Shown in pieces: positions 1 to 7,737 of a stretch of 28,471 nucleotides of DNA (position 1 is its first letter; each line of letters begins with the position of its first letter). The DNA is taken from positions 1-28,471 of IMG/VR virus record IMGVR_UViG_3300048575_000233; one strand, given 5' to 3'. Under the pieces are notes generated by a model. It was given only the letters and a program-made list of their open reading frames with translations, was not told the DNA's origin and did no database searches. This DNA comes from a virus (Duplodnaviria; Caudoviricetes). Position numbers and translations under genes: made by a program.

Positions 1-114
1 GCGCGCGGCAACGCCGCCGCCTCCGACCTGCCGGCCATCTCCGCCGACGTCATGGCCGCGACGCGCGACATCTACAACCGCCTCGTGGCGCCGCACGTCC
101 ACCAGCGCTGGTAA
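1..114 (+). CDS. 3' end of a host gene, probably an aldo/keto reductase (partial)
   Basis: Frame 1 reads ARGNAAASDLPAISADVMAATRDIYNRLVAPHVHQRW* with high GC3 codon usage. The C-terminus IY...PHVHQRW resembles bacterial aldo/keto reductases (recognised from memory). Confidence 0.6.
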   Translation, partial: ARGNAAASDLPAISADVMAATRDIYNRLVAPHVHQRW

Positions 115-256
115 CAGGAACGAAAGCGCCCTCGCCTGCGGCGGAAAACCATGGGATTTCCGCCGTTCGCGTTCGTTCCGACGATTCCCCCTCAGCCCTG
201 TGCCGGCCGCCCGACCGCTTCACACGCGACATCTCTGGATGCCCTTCTCACGGCTC

Positions 257-285
257 TTGACCCAGTGCCGCAGAATCTCTAGACA
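257..285 (+). promoter_or_regulatory. Putative sigma70 promoter of tRNA-Ser
   Basis: TTGACC (257-262), 17-bp spacer, TAGACA (280-285), ending 9 nt before the tRNA 5' end. Confidence 0.55.
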
Positions 286-294
286 ACTCGCAAC

Positions 295-388
295 GGAGCT
301 GTGGCCGAGAGGCTGAAGGCACTGGTTTGCTAAACCGGCGTACGGGCTTAAACCTGTACCGAGGGTTCGAATCCCTCCGGCTCCGCCA
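295..388 (+). tRNA. tRNA-Ser: tRNA-Ser, anticodon GCT
   Basis: Acceptor stem GGAGCTG/CGGCTCC, discriminator G385 and encoded CCA. Anticodon arm CTGGT-TTGCTAA-ACCGG with GCT at 329-331. Long variable arm and T-loop GTTCGAATC. Confidence 0.97.
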
Positions 389-716
389 TTATCCTATCGC
401 AAACTCCAAAACCTGTGCCTCCGCGCTCGAAATTCCTTTTGTGTTCAAAGGGGTTTGCGGGACGGAACCGAACCTTTGAGACCGACCGGGCGGTGGCCTC
501 CAGTCTCTGAATGGGCTTCTGTCTCATTCTGCACGAACCTCGACGTTTGCGGTTCCGGCGAGAATTCTCAATTTTTCCAGCATGTTGCTAAGTCTGGCCG
601 ATTATACGTTTCCGACCCACACTCCGCATTGCAAAGCAGTCTGAGAACGCGAGGTAGTCGTTCCCGAGCGCGATCAAGGGTGGTTCAGAGCAGGATCCGC
701 CTCCCACCGCCATGGC

Positions 717-1100
717 TCAGGCAAAGACGCGCGTCTTTTGCTCGGCCCATGGCAGGTCGGCGATTCCGGTCAGGTCATTGATCGTGATGCTCGATGGGCG
801 TCGCGCGATGACCAACTCCCCCAGAACGTCCGGCGACAGATAGGCCAACCGGATCATCCTGCCGATGAAGCGGTCGGTGACATTCTCAACGGCAGCGATG
901 TCGTGGATGGTGGTGGCGGCACCGTTCTCTAATTGCCGCCGCCAGCTCCATGCCCGCGCCAGCGCGCGCAGCAAACGCGGATCCTGCACCCTGTCGTCGG
1001 CGGACTCGTTCTCCGAAGGCGCGACGATCCGCGGCCTCCCGTTGCGCTTGCGGATCGTGAGCGGGATGACGACGCGGATCGTATTGTCAGGGTTCGTCAT
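717..1100 (-). CDS. Recombinase-associated HTH-like protein, resembling the C-terminal domain of longer serine recombinases
   Basis: 127 aa with LLRALARAWSWRRQLENG...TIHDIAAVENVTDRFIGRMIRLAYLSPD. ATGA overlap with the recombinase stop. Confidence 0.8.
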   Translation of the reverse strand: MTNPDNTIRVVIPLTIRKRNGRPRIVAPSENESADDRVQDPRLLRALARAWSWRRQLENGAATTIHDIAAVENVTDRFIGRMIRLAYLSPDVLGELVIARRPSSITINDLTGIADLPWAEQKTRVFA

Positions 1101-2431
1101 GCTGTCGCCTTTCCGTCACGGGGCGTGACCATGTCCCGGATGATCGACGTCAGACCGTCCTGACGTAGATCGATGGCAATGCCGCCCGACCCGACAGTGA
1201 CGCGCCCGACAAGCAGCTGGACGATACGGGTCTGCTCGGAAGGAAACAGCGCCGTCCAGAGCTGGTCGAAGCTGCCAAGGGCCGAGACGACTGCTCGTTC
1301 GTCTGCTTCAGGGACTTCGTGTCGAATGGCGTCGACCGTGCGAGCCGCGATCTCTGGAGCCCGGATCAGTCGCCGGACCTCGCCTACGACCGCATCCTCG
1401 ACCATCCCTGCGGGCAGACGCTGGATGGACGGCGAATCCGACGATGGTCGGCATTTGATCAGGTCCATCGAGGCATAGTAGCGGTAGAGCCGCGACGCCT
1501 TCTTGGTGGCCGTCGGCGTCATCGCCGTACCGCTGTCTGTGAAGATGATCCCCTTCAGCAGCGACGGTGTCTGGCAACGGGTATGGGCTGCCCGGACGTG
1601 GCGGTTCTCTTGCAGGATGCTCTGGACCTTGTCCCATAGTTCACGGCTGACGATGGCCGCATGCTCACCCGGATAGGCCGTGCCCTTGTGGACGGCTTCG
1701 CCGAGATAAACGCGGTTGTTCAGGACCTTGTAGAGGTAGCCCTTGTCGATGCGCTTGCCGCGCTTGTTGCTGACGCCTTCGGCCACCAGCGCCTTCGTCA
1801 GGACGGTGGCTGATCCGATCGTCGAGAAGCGTTCGAAGATCATGCGGACAATTGCCGCTTCCGCCTCGTTGATGATGAGCTTTCGGTCCTTGGCCTCGTA
1901 GCCCAGGGGGACGAAGCCACCCATCCACATGCCGCGCTTTCGCGAGGCCGCGACCTTGTCGCGAATGCGCTCGCCAATGACCTCGCGCTCGAACTGGGCG
2001 AAGGAGAGCAGAATGTTGAGCGTCAGGCGTCCCATGGACGTCGTCGTGTTGAAGGACTGCGTCACCGAGACGAAGGTCACGCCATTGCGATCCAGAACCT
2101 CGACCAGCTTCGCGAAGTCCATCAGCGACCGGCTGAGCCGGTCGATCTTGTAAACGACGATGACGTCGATCAGCCCAGCCTCGACATCGGCGATGAGCCG
2201 TTTCAGACCGGGTCGTTCCAGTGTTCCGCCGGAGAAGCCGCCATCGTCATACCGCTCGCGGATCGCGGCCCAGCCTTCGGCGCGCTGGCTGGCAACATAG
2301 GCCTCGCAGGCTTCGCGTTGCGCGTCGAGTGAATTGAATTCCATGTCGAGCCCTTCTTCGCTCGACTTGCGCGTATAGATCGCACAGCGCTGACGCCGGA
2401 TGGCGATGGTGGCTGACGGTGACATGCTCAT
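1097..2431 (-). CDS. Large serine recombinase (resolvase + recombinase domains), probable integrase
   Basis: CAIYTRKSS catalytic Ser motif, YDDGGFSGGTLERPGL, VYKIDRLSRS, SFAQFEREVIGERIRD, GGFVPLGY and YLGE...GEHAAIV. Confidence 0.95.
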   Translation of the reverse strand: MSMSPSATIAIRRQRCAIYTRKSSEEGLDMEFNSLDAQREACEAYVASQRAEGWAAIRERYDDGGFSGGTLERPGLKRLIADVEAGLIDVIVVYKIDRLSRSLMDFAKLVEVLDRNGVTFVSVTQSFNTTTSMGRLTLNILLSFAQFEREVIGERIRDKVAASRKRGMWMGGFVPLGYEAKDRKLIINEAEAAIVRMIFERFSTIGSATVLTKALVAEGVSNKRGKRIDKGYLYKVLNNRVYLGEAVHKGTAYPGEHAAIVSRELWDKVQSILQENRHVRAAHTRCQTPSLLKGIIFTDSGTAMTPTATKKASRLYRYYASMDLIKCRPSSDSPSIQRLPAGMVEDAVVGEVRRLIRAPEIAARTVDAIRHEVPEADERAVVSALGSFDQLWTALFPSEQTRIVQLLVGRVTVGSGGIAIDLRQDGLTSIIRDMVTPRDGKATA

Positions 2432-2934
2432 CGCTCGTTCCTCCGCGCTTCACCCAGCCCGAAGAAACGGTAGCCGTTCCAGTTGACGCCGGTGATGGTC
2501 CGGGCCACCGCCGAGAGCGACTTGAACTTTCGGCCCTGCCAGTCGAAGCCGTCCCGTAGGATGGTGACGGTATGCTCGATCCCATCCCATTCACGGATCA
2601 GCCGCGTCCCGACCACCGGATTGCGATCGTCCGCAATGATGGACTTACGGTTGATCCTGCCTTCCGTTTCATCGGCCAGCAGATCCAGCATGCGTCGCGT
2701 CTCGCGCGACGGACCACCATAGGTCAGCTCCTGAATGCGGTGCCCGATCCGGAGTTCGAGATAGCCCCTGCTGTTGTTCGGGGCGGCGGTGGCGAACATT
2801 GCCTCCCACTTCGATTTCAGCTCGCTGACCGTCATCCGTTTCAGGTCCGCCAGCTGCGCAAGGACGCTTGCGTCGGTTTCGGCACTGTCTCCGGGGCGCG
2901 TCGGACGCGGCTCTGTTCGCTTCGCGCTCGTCAT
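2428..2934 (-). CDS. DUF2924 family protein
   Basis: GTRLIREWDGIEHTV...WQGRKFKSLSAVARTITGVNWNGYRFFGL signature. Typical position upstream of this recombinase type. Confidence 0.9.
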   Translation of the reverse strand: MTSAKRTEPRPTRPGDSAETDASVLAQLADLKRMTVSELKSKWEAMFATAAPNNSRGYLELRIGHRIQELTYGGPSRETRRMLDLLADETEGRINRKSIIADDRNPVVGTRLIREWDGIEHTVTILRDGFDWQGRKFKSLSAVARTITGVNWNGYRFFGLGEARRNER

Positions 2935-3146
2935 CGGGTGTCCCCCGAGCGCGCACGCGGGCGGCGACGGCCATTCTTCATGGCGAGAATGTCGAAGCCG
3001 TCAGCGGTTTTCGACGATGTCGTGGTCTGCTGATAAAGAATGCGCCCTATGCCAGAAGCCAGGATGCGCCCCACCTCGGAGAGGCGTTCGTTCGCCGTCA
3101 TGTTGTCGGGCGGCAAGGGATTGGGACCGGATCGTGAGTGGTGCAT
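2931..3146 (-). CDS. Small hypothetical protein of the recombinase module
   Basis: PNPLPPDNMTANERLSEVGRILASGIGRI. ATGA overlap with the DUF2924 gene. Confidence 0.7.
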   Translation of the reverse strand: MHHSRSGPNPLPPDNMTANERLSEVGRILASGIGRILYQQTTTSSKTADGFDILAMKNGRRRPRARSGDTR

Positions 3147-3211
3147 GGAGACCGTTCGCGTTGAGTTGTCGATGGGCGAACGGTAGTCGTAAACTCGAAA
3201 TACGCAATAGA

Positions 3212-3224
3212 AATCAATATGTTA
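3212..3224 (+). promoter_or_regulatory. IHF consensus site upstream of the recombinase operon
   Basis: AATCAATATGTTA matches WATCAANNNNTTR exactly, in an AT-rich intergenic patch. Confidence 0.5.
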
Positions 3225-3262
3225 TCGTATATCTGCGAAATCTTTTGAAATGCTGCGCAAGT

Positions 3263-3784
3263 TCATCCGCACAGATCGGCAAACGAATCGATCGCAAGCG
3301 CGAAACGGTGATTCGCTCGCCATTCGTCCTTGATGGCGTCGGCACTGGCGATATCGATGATGCCAACCTCGATCAACTGTACAATGACATCACGCGTGCG
3401 TAGGATCGGAAGGTGCCGGTCGGCGAGGTCGGCCTCTTCGAGGGCACGCTTGATGGCTCGCGAATCGTCGATGGCGAGAGTCCAGCCTCTGTGCAGCGCA
3501 ACGGCAATTGCGGAACGCTCGCCGGAGCCAAGCCGACCACGCTGGCCAAGGCGCAAGAAGAGATCAACTTCGCTGGCATCATCAATGCTCTGTTGGGATA
3601 GTTGGCCCGCCGCCAGCGCCGCCTGGAGCCGTTCTTGCTGGTCGACATATGATTCGGCAATCTCCTCAGCGACATGATCCGTCACGAAGAAGGGACACGG
3701 ATATGCGCCAATGAGATCCATGCGGTTGATGCGCAGGAAATTGATGAGCACGGATGTGTCGGCGATAACGATGCCTGCTTCCAC
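3263..3784 (-). CDS. PIN-domain protein (VapC/DUF3368-like putative ribonuclease)
   Basis: IADTSVLINF, VAEEI, LGSGERSAI and LAIDDSRA give the PIN acidic tetrad pattern. RBS GAGGGG at 3790-3795 (minus strand). Confidence 0.8.
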   Translation of the reverse strand: MEAGIVIADTSVLINFLRINRMDLIGAYPCPFFVTDHVAEEIAESYVDQQERLQAALAAGQLSQQSIDDASEVDLFLRLGQRGRLGSGERSAIAVALHRGWTLAIDDSRAIKRALEEADLADRHLPILRTRDVIVQLIEVGIIDIASADAIKDEWRANHRFALAIDSFADLCG

Positions 3785-3799
3785 AATGCCCCCTCGGCA

Positions 3800-5035
3800 T
3801 CACTCTGCCCGCGTCGCGTCAGCAAACTCGAGGAGTTCAGCACCATCGACGCCGACCTTGCGTGCAAGTTCGAAAAGACGTCCGCGCGAAATCTCACCCT
3901 GTCCGTAGGCCTCGATGGCAAGATACATCAGGTCGTCGCGCAATTCCGGCTCGGGTGGCGGCAATCCGTCGCCGTCGTCGAGCAGGTCATTGAATTTGAA
4001 TAGCCTGATGGCACGCTTGGCGGTTTCCTTCTGCTCCAGAAGGACGGCCGTTTCTGGCTTGTTGATGTGATTGAGGCTTTTCAGCCGCCAGACCATCGCC
4101 TCGTAGCTCACACCGAAATGCCGCGCCAACAGGATGACGTCCTGACAGGTTATGGCCTGCGAGCCGGGTCGAGTGCGGATTTCCGCTTCCACGCCCTGGT
4201 TGCCAGCAACATCGAAAATGATCCGCTGCGTCTTGCTCGGTCCTCCCTTGTCAAGTTGCCGAAGTGCTTCGGTAACGCCATCGGGCGGCATGAGAAATGC
4301 TGCCGCGAAGGCGTTGGCACGCTTCTCTATCAATTCAGAGGCATTCTCGCGCCGCGTCGTCGTAACCGTCATGTCGCGGTCAAACAGGGCATGGGCGTAT
4401 TCATGAGCGTATGAAAAGCGCCGTCGTGCTGGCCAGTGCAGGGCGTTGACAAGGACGGCGGGGCCGGTGGCAGGGTGATTGATGAAGAGACCGGACAGGC
4501 CCTCGGGCAGATCGGTCGCGGCGGTCCAGATTCCCTGCTCGCCGATCAGACCGGCTACATGCGCAATGGGGGCGAACCCCAATCCCAGACGCCGCCGCTC
4601 TTCCTGCGCCAAGGATTCTCCCTGTCGAATGGCGTCGCCAGCTGAATAGAGGCGCGTTGCATAATTCGGCACGGCAAGATCATCGGTTCGACCACGCAGC
4701 ACTTCCCTTAGACTTGCCGCCTCCTGGTATAGATCGAGGATATTTTGCACCTCACGCTCCATTTCTGGAGTGTGCTTGATTTCAGGTAGCGCGCGGTGAA
4801 GCACAAGGGAAATGTCTTCTACCTCATTGGCTTGCGAGAGAAAGAAGGCGGGCGATTGTCCGTAGAGCGCTGCCAGCTTGGTCAACTCCAGCGTCGAAAC
4901 GGCTCTTTCGCCCGACTCGATGAAGGTAATCGCGGTGCGGGGCAGCTTGAGGGCGTCCGCAACACTCTGTTGGCTGAGGCTTCTCCGTTCGCGGGCGTCC
5001 CGCAGTCGGCTTGCGAGCAGTGCCGTATCGATCAT
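3800..5035 (-). CDS. XRE-family HTH fused to an ImmA/IrrE (DUF955) Zn-metallopeptidase
   Basis: N-terminal LRDARERRSLSQQSVADALKLPRTAITFIESGERAV. RRRFSYAHEYAH (HExxH) and EKRANAFAAAFLMP. Start moved to ATG 5035, which has an AAGGAG RBS at 5044-5049. Confidence 0.92.
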   Translation of the reverse strand: MIDTALLASRLRDARERRSLSQQSVADALKLPRTAITFIESGERAVSTLELTKLAALYGQSPAFFLSQANEVEDISLVLHRALPEIKHTPEMEREVQNILDLYQEAASLREVLRGRTDDLAVPNYATRLYSAGDAIRQGESLAQEERRRLGLGFAPIAHVAGLIGEQGIWTAATDLPEGLSGLFINHPATGPAVLVNALHWPARRRFSYAHEYAHALFDRDMTVTTTRRENASELIEKRANAFAAAFLMPPDGVTEALRQLDKGGPSKTQRIIFDVAGNQGVEAEIRTRPGSQAITCQDVILLARHFGVSYEAMVWRLKSLNHINKPETAVLLEQKETAKRAIRLFKFNDLLDDGDGLPPPEPELRDDLMYLAIEAYGQGEISRGRLFELARKVGVDGAELLEFADATRAE

Positions 5036-5136
5036 CGTTCGCACTCCTTCTCTTGGGAAACGAATCCCGGTGGCGATCACCTGGATCGCATCATGAGTCC
5101 ACCCTACACGGGAAACAACTAATGTAAAGATTTTCC

Positions 5137-5164
5137 TTGAAAGTTTGATTATCAAACGTATCAT
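5137..5164 (+). promoter_or_regulatory. Putative rightward promoter with a perfect palindromic operator in its spacer
   Basis: TTGAAA (5137-5142), N16, TATCAT (5159-5164). GTTTGAT-T-ATCAAAC at 5143-5157. Confidence 0.6.
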
Positions 5165-5207
5165 AGCGCAATTGACGAATGCAGTGGTTGTACTGAAGGA
5201 GGGTCTT

Positions 5208-6389
5208 GTGCCTCATCTCATGCGTCTGTTGCGAAATGCGCCGGGAGCGGAGTTGCAGGCTTGGCTCCAGCCTTTCCCCATCGAATATCCCGAGCCAGTC
5301 GATTGGAGCGCATCCAACGGCGATCTGGCAAAGCCTCTGCGCCGGGCGATCAATGACGCTGAGGAGGCCACTCGCGAGCGGCTCCGCCGGGATGCCGAGC
5401 GGATCGACAGAATGACCAGTGAAGTCGGACAGACAGCACTGATGGCCGTCGCAAGATTGGGGCAGTGTGCGACCCTGAAAGAGATCGCCACCAGACAGGG
5501 TCGGGCGCTGCGTCTCTTGTGGAGCGATCCGGAACGCTTCCGTTCTGCCGAGGAGGTTTCATTCTTCGAGAACGCACGCAAGAGCAAGACGTGGGACGCC
5601 TTCGTGGCTCCTCTCCTGCTGAAGGTCAGCCGAACGACGGAAGCCTGCGAAGCGCTGAAAGCCGAGATCCGGAAGCTGTTTCAGGAGGGTCCGAAGATCA
5701 AGATCGAGATTCTCGATCGTAGCCGCGTCGAGCTTGGCGGCACGGTCGACGATCTGATCCATGTCGCTATCTTTCGTGAGACCCTGCCTGATAGTGTGCC
5801 GGTGTTTCATGGCGAGGATGAAGTCGAGCCGCTCATCTTTCGGCCTGTCGTGGAGTTGGGCTTCACCTATGAGCCGTCGCGCGGCATCATCGAGGTGGTG
5901 GCGCCCAAGAAACAGCAGCGGATGGAGCTCGCCCGGATCTTCGCCCGGACGCTGCTCGGTCACGAGATCAAGGGAGAGAGGCTTCCGCTGCGCTTTTACA
6001 ATCTTGCCAGGTTCATGCAGGAGCAGGATCTGGATTTCGACCCAGAGGATGGGATCGAGAGTGTTCGTCTCGCCTTCGTCAAGTTCGAGAGCCTCGACGG
6101 CCGGACCCTGTTTGCGATCGAGCCCAAGGATGAGGATGACACGATCTACGCTGCCGCGCGCCGGGAATTTGGGGAGCGCAGCCCATTCCGCCCCGGCAAC
6201 AGGATCGTCGAGGTGGTGATCGCCGTTCGCTTTCGGCCGACGAGAGGCCGGCGCGCAGGTCCCACCATCGGCATCAAGCTGGTTCATCCCAACGGCTGCA
6301 ACCTCAAGGACAAGAGCGAGAGGGAGCGGTTGCTGGCCGAGAAGTACCTCAAACGATGGGGCATTATCGAGGATCTTTCCGTATTGTGA
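5208..6389 (+). CDS. Hypothetical protein (~393 aa)
   Basis: Long ORF with protein-like composition. GTG start at 5208 follows a GAAGGAGG RBS. No recognisable catalytic motif. Confidence 0.8.
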   Translation: MPHLMRLLRNAPGAELQAWLQPFPIEYPEPVDWSASNGDLAKPLRRAINDAEEATRERLRRDAERIDRMTSEVGQTALMAVARLGQCATLKEIATRQGRALRLLWSDPERFRSAEEVSFFENARKSKTWDAFVAPLLLKVSRTTEACEALKAEIRKLFQEGPKIKIEILDRSRVELGGTVDDLIHVAIFRETLPDSVPVFHGEDEVEPLIFRPVVELGFTYEPSRGIIEVVAPKKQQRMELARIFARTLLGHEIKGERLPLRFYNLARFMQEQDLDFDPEDGIESVRLAFVKFESLDGRTLFAIEPKDEDDTIYAAARREFGERSPFRPGNRIVEVVIAVRFRPTRGRRAGPTIGIKLVHPNGCNLKDKSERERLLAEKYLKRWGIIEDLSVL

Positions 6390-7354
6390 AACCCTTGCTC
6401 ACGCGACGTGCACTTCGGTTCCTGTTGCATCTCGCGGAGCGAGAGCCGCCGGTTGTCGCCCATCGCATTCTGACGCAAGAGGCCCGGGATGATGGGCGTG
6501 ACCTCATCTCCGGCAAGCTTCTCCTTCCCGGCAAACCGCTCAACTCTATCCACATCGAACTTGTCGACGGTTGGACGTCCGCTTCCGTCGATCGCGATGA
6601 GGACACCGGCCAGTTGACCTATTTCCACCCCGAAGCCGGTTTTCTCGACGCTGATCCCGACGAACTGCGGACGTGGCTGCTGGATATCGACGCCCTCATC
6701 GATGTGCTCGGCAAGTTGTTAGGCATGCCCGCGAGCTTCAAGGCGAAACCACTGGTGCCCGGAGTGCTTTGGGATATGGGCACGCCACGCCTCGGACGCC
6801 GCACTGGCATTCCCGTGCTCTTCGGCAGACGGCTCGACGTAGCCGAGGCAAGAGCGGCCGTGCGCGAAGAACTGACGCTCCGATTGGGCAACAAGCCAGC
6901 ATTGCTGCTCACGTCGACGTGCCTCCTGCCACACGACCTGACGTTTCCCGCCGTCGCCTGCCTCATCTCGGTCGCCACCATCCTTTCCGAATCTGCCGAT
7001 GTCGCAGAATTCGACGTTGATCGATTGTCCAGACTGGCTGACCGTCCGATCACGGCGCTCGCGCACGCTGAAGCACTGGCGCAATGCAGTCCGGACGGCG
7101 CATGGCTGCGCATACATGATCGGGAATATACGTTCCGAGGGAAAAAGAAGCGGCTGATCCGGCTGCTCTATGAGGCTTGGGAGCGCGGCGAATCCTGGAT
7201 GAGCGAAGTTTCGCTTTTGGCCGAGGCCGAATACGATTCCAAACGGATCGAAGACGTGTTCAAGGATTCCCGTCCCGGCAAGAGTCACGAATGGCGGGAA
7301 TACATCGACGTTCATGATGGCAAGGTCCGAATGAAGGTTCCGCAGCAAGACTGA
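6386..7354 (+). CDS. Hypothetical protein with a probable C-terminal winged-helix DNA-binding domain (~322 aa)
   Basis: GTGA overlap with the upstream stop. The C-terminus LRIHDREYTFRGKKKRLIRLLYEAW...LLAEAEYDSKRIEDVF...YIDVHDGKVRM has a wHTH-like pattern. Confidence 0.75.
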   Translation: MKPLLTRRALRFLLHLAEREPPVVAHRILTQEARDDGRDLISGKLLLPGKPLNSIHIELVDGWTSASVDRDEDTGQLTYFHPEAGFLDADPDELRTWLLDIDALIDVLGKLLGMPASFKAKPLVPGVLWDMGTPRLGRRTGIPVLFGRRLDVAEARAAVREELTLRLGNKPALLLTSTCLLPHDLTFPAVACLISVATILSESADVAEFDVDRLSRLADRPITALAHAEALAQCSPDGAWLRIHDREYTFRGKKKRLIRLLYEAWERGESWMSEVSLLAEAEYDSKRIEDVFKDSRPGKSHEWREYIDVHDGKVRMKVPQQD

Positions 7355-7381
7355 AGCCCACCACTCAATCTGTATAGAACG

Positions 7382-7408
7382 CCGCCCCCTCGCCCGGGCG
7401 GTTTTTTT
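7382..7408 (+). terminator. Rho-independent terminator
   Basis: CCGCCC (7382-7387), 8-nt loop, GGGCGG (7396-7401), then T7 (7402-7408). Confidence 0.7.
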
Positions 7409-7423
7409 GTTGGGCGGCACCAT

Positions 7424-7470
7424 TCCCCCCGGTTCTCCCCCCTCGCTCCCCCAGCTTTTCCCTCCCGCCC
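7424..7470. repeat. Phased TCCC(C/T)C direct repeats / C-tract cluster
   Basis: TCCCCC at 7424, 7436 and 7447 and TCCCTC at 7459 (spacing 12/11/12), upstream of the replication operon. Confidence 0.6.
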
Positions 7471-7519
7471 ACACGCCATCGTCTCCGCAGGTTTTCGACA
7501 CGAACCCAAGGAGACGAAA

Positions 7520-7729
7520 ATGACCGTCAGGCATCTGAACCAGATCGAGCTCGCCGCTCGCTGGAACATCAGCCACCGCACGCTTGAGCGTTGGCGGTGG
7601 TCCGGGGAAGGTCCCCGTTTCATCAAGATCGGCGGCCGGGTGGTTTACCGGCTGGAAGACATCGAAGAATTCGAGGCGGTCCAGCTCTGCAAGAGCACCG
7701 CCGACAAGCCTGCCCTCAAGTCGGCGTGA
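7520..7729 (+). CDS. AlpA/excisionase-like HTH DNA-binding protein
   Basis: HLNQIELAARWNISHRTLERWRWSGEGPRFIKIGGRVVYRLEDIEEFE. AAGGAG RBS. Confidence 0.9.
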   Translation: MTVRHLNQIELAARWNISHRTLERWRWSGEGPRFIKIGGRVVYRLEDIEEFEAVQLCKSTADKPALKSA

Positions 7730-7737
7730 GGGCGGCG

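Noticed and set aside
165-178. GTTC repeats as a LexA box
   Set aside because: The spacing between GTTC units is 2, 0 or 6 nt rather than 7.
455-781. 108-aa ORF after the tRNA
   Set aside because: No clear RBS or motifs, and it overlaps the convergent 717-1100 gene. The region is more likely non-coding att DNA.
5036-5207. Extended N-termini of the 3800-5164 and 5145-6389 ORFs from the track
   Set aside because: The two extensions would overlap each other across the promoter/operator. RBS-supported starts lie at 5035 and 5208.
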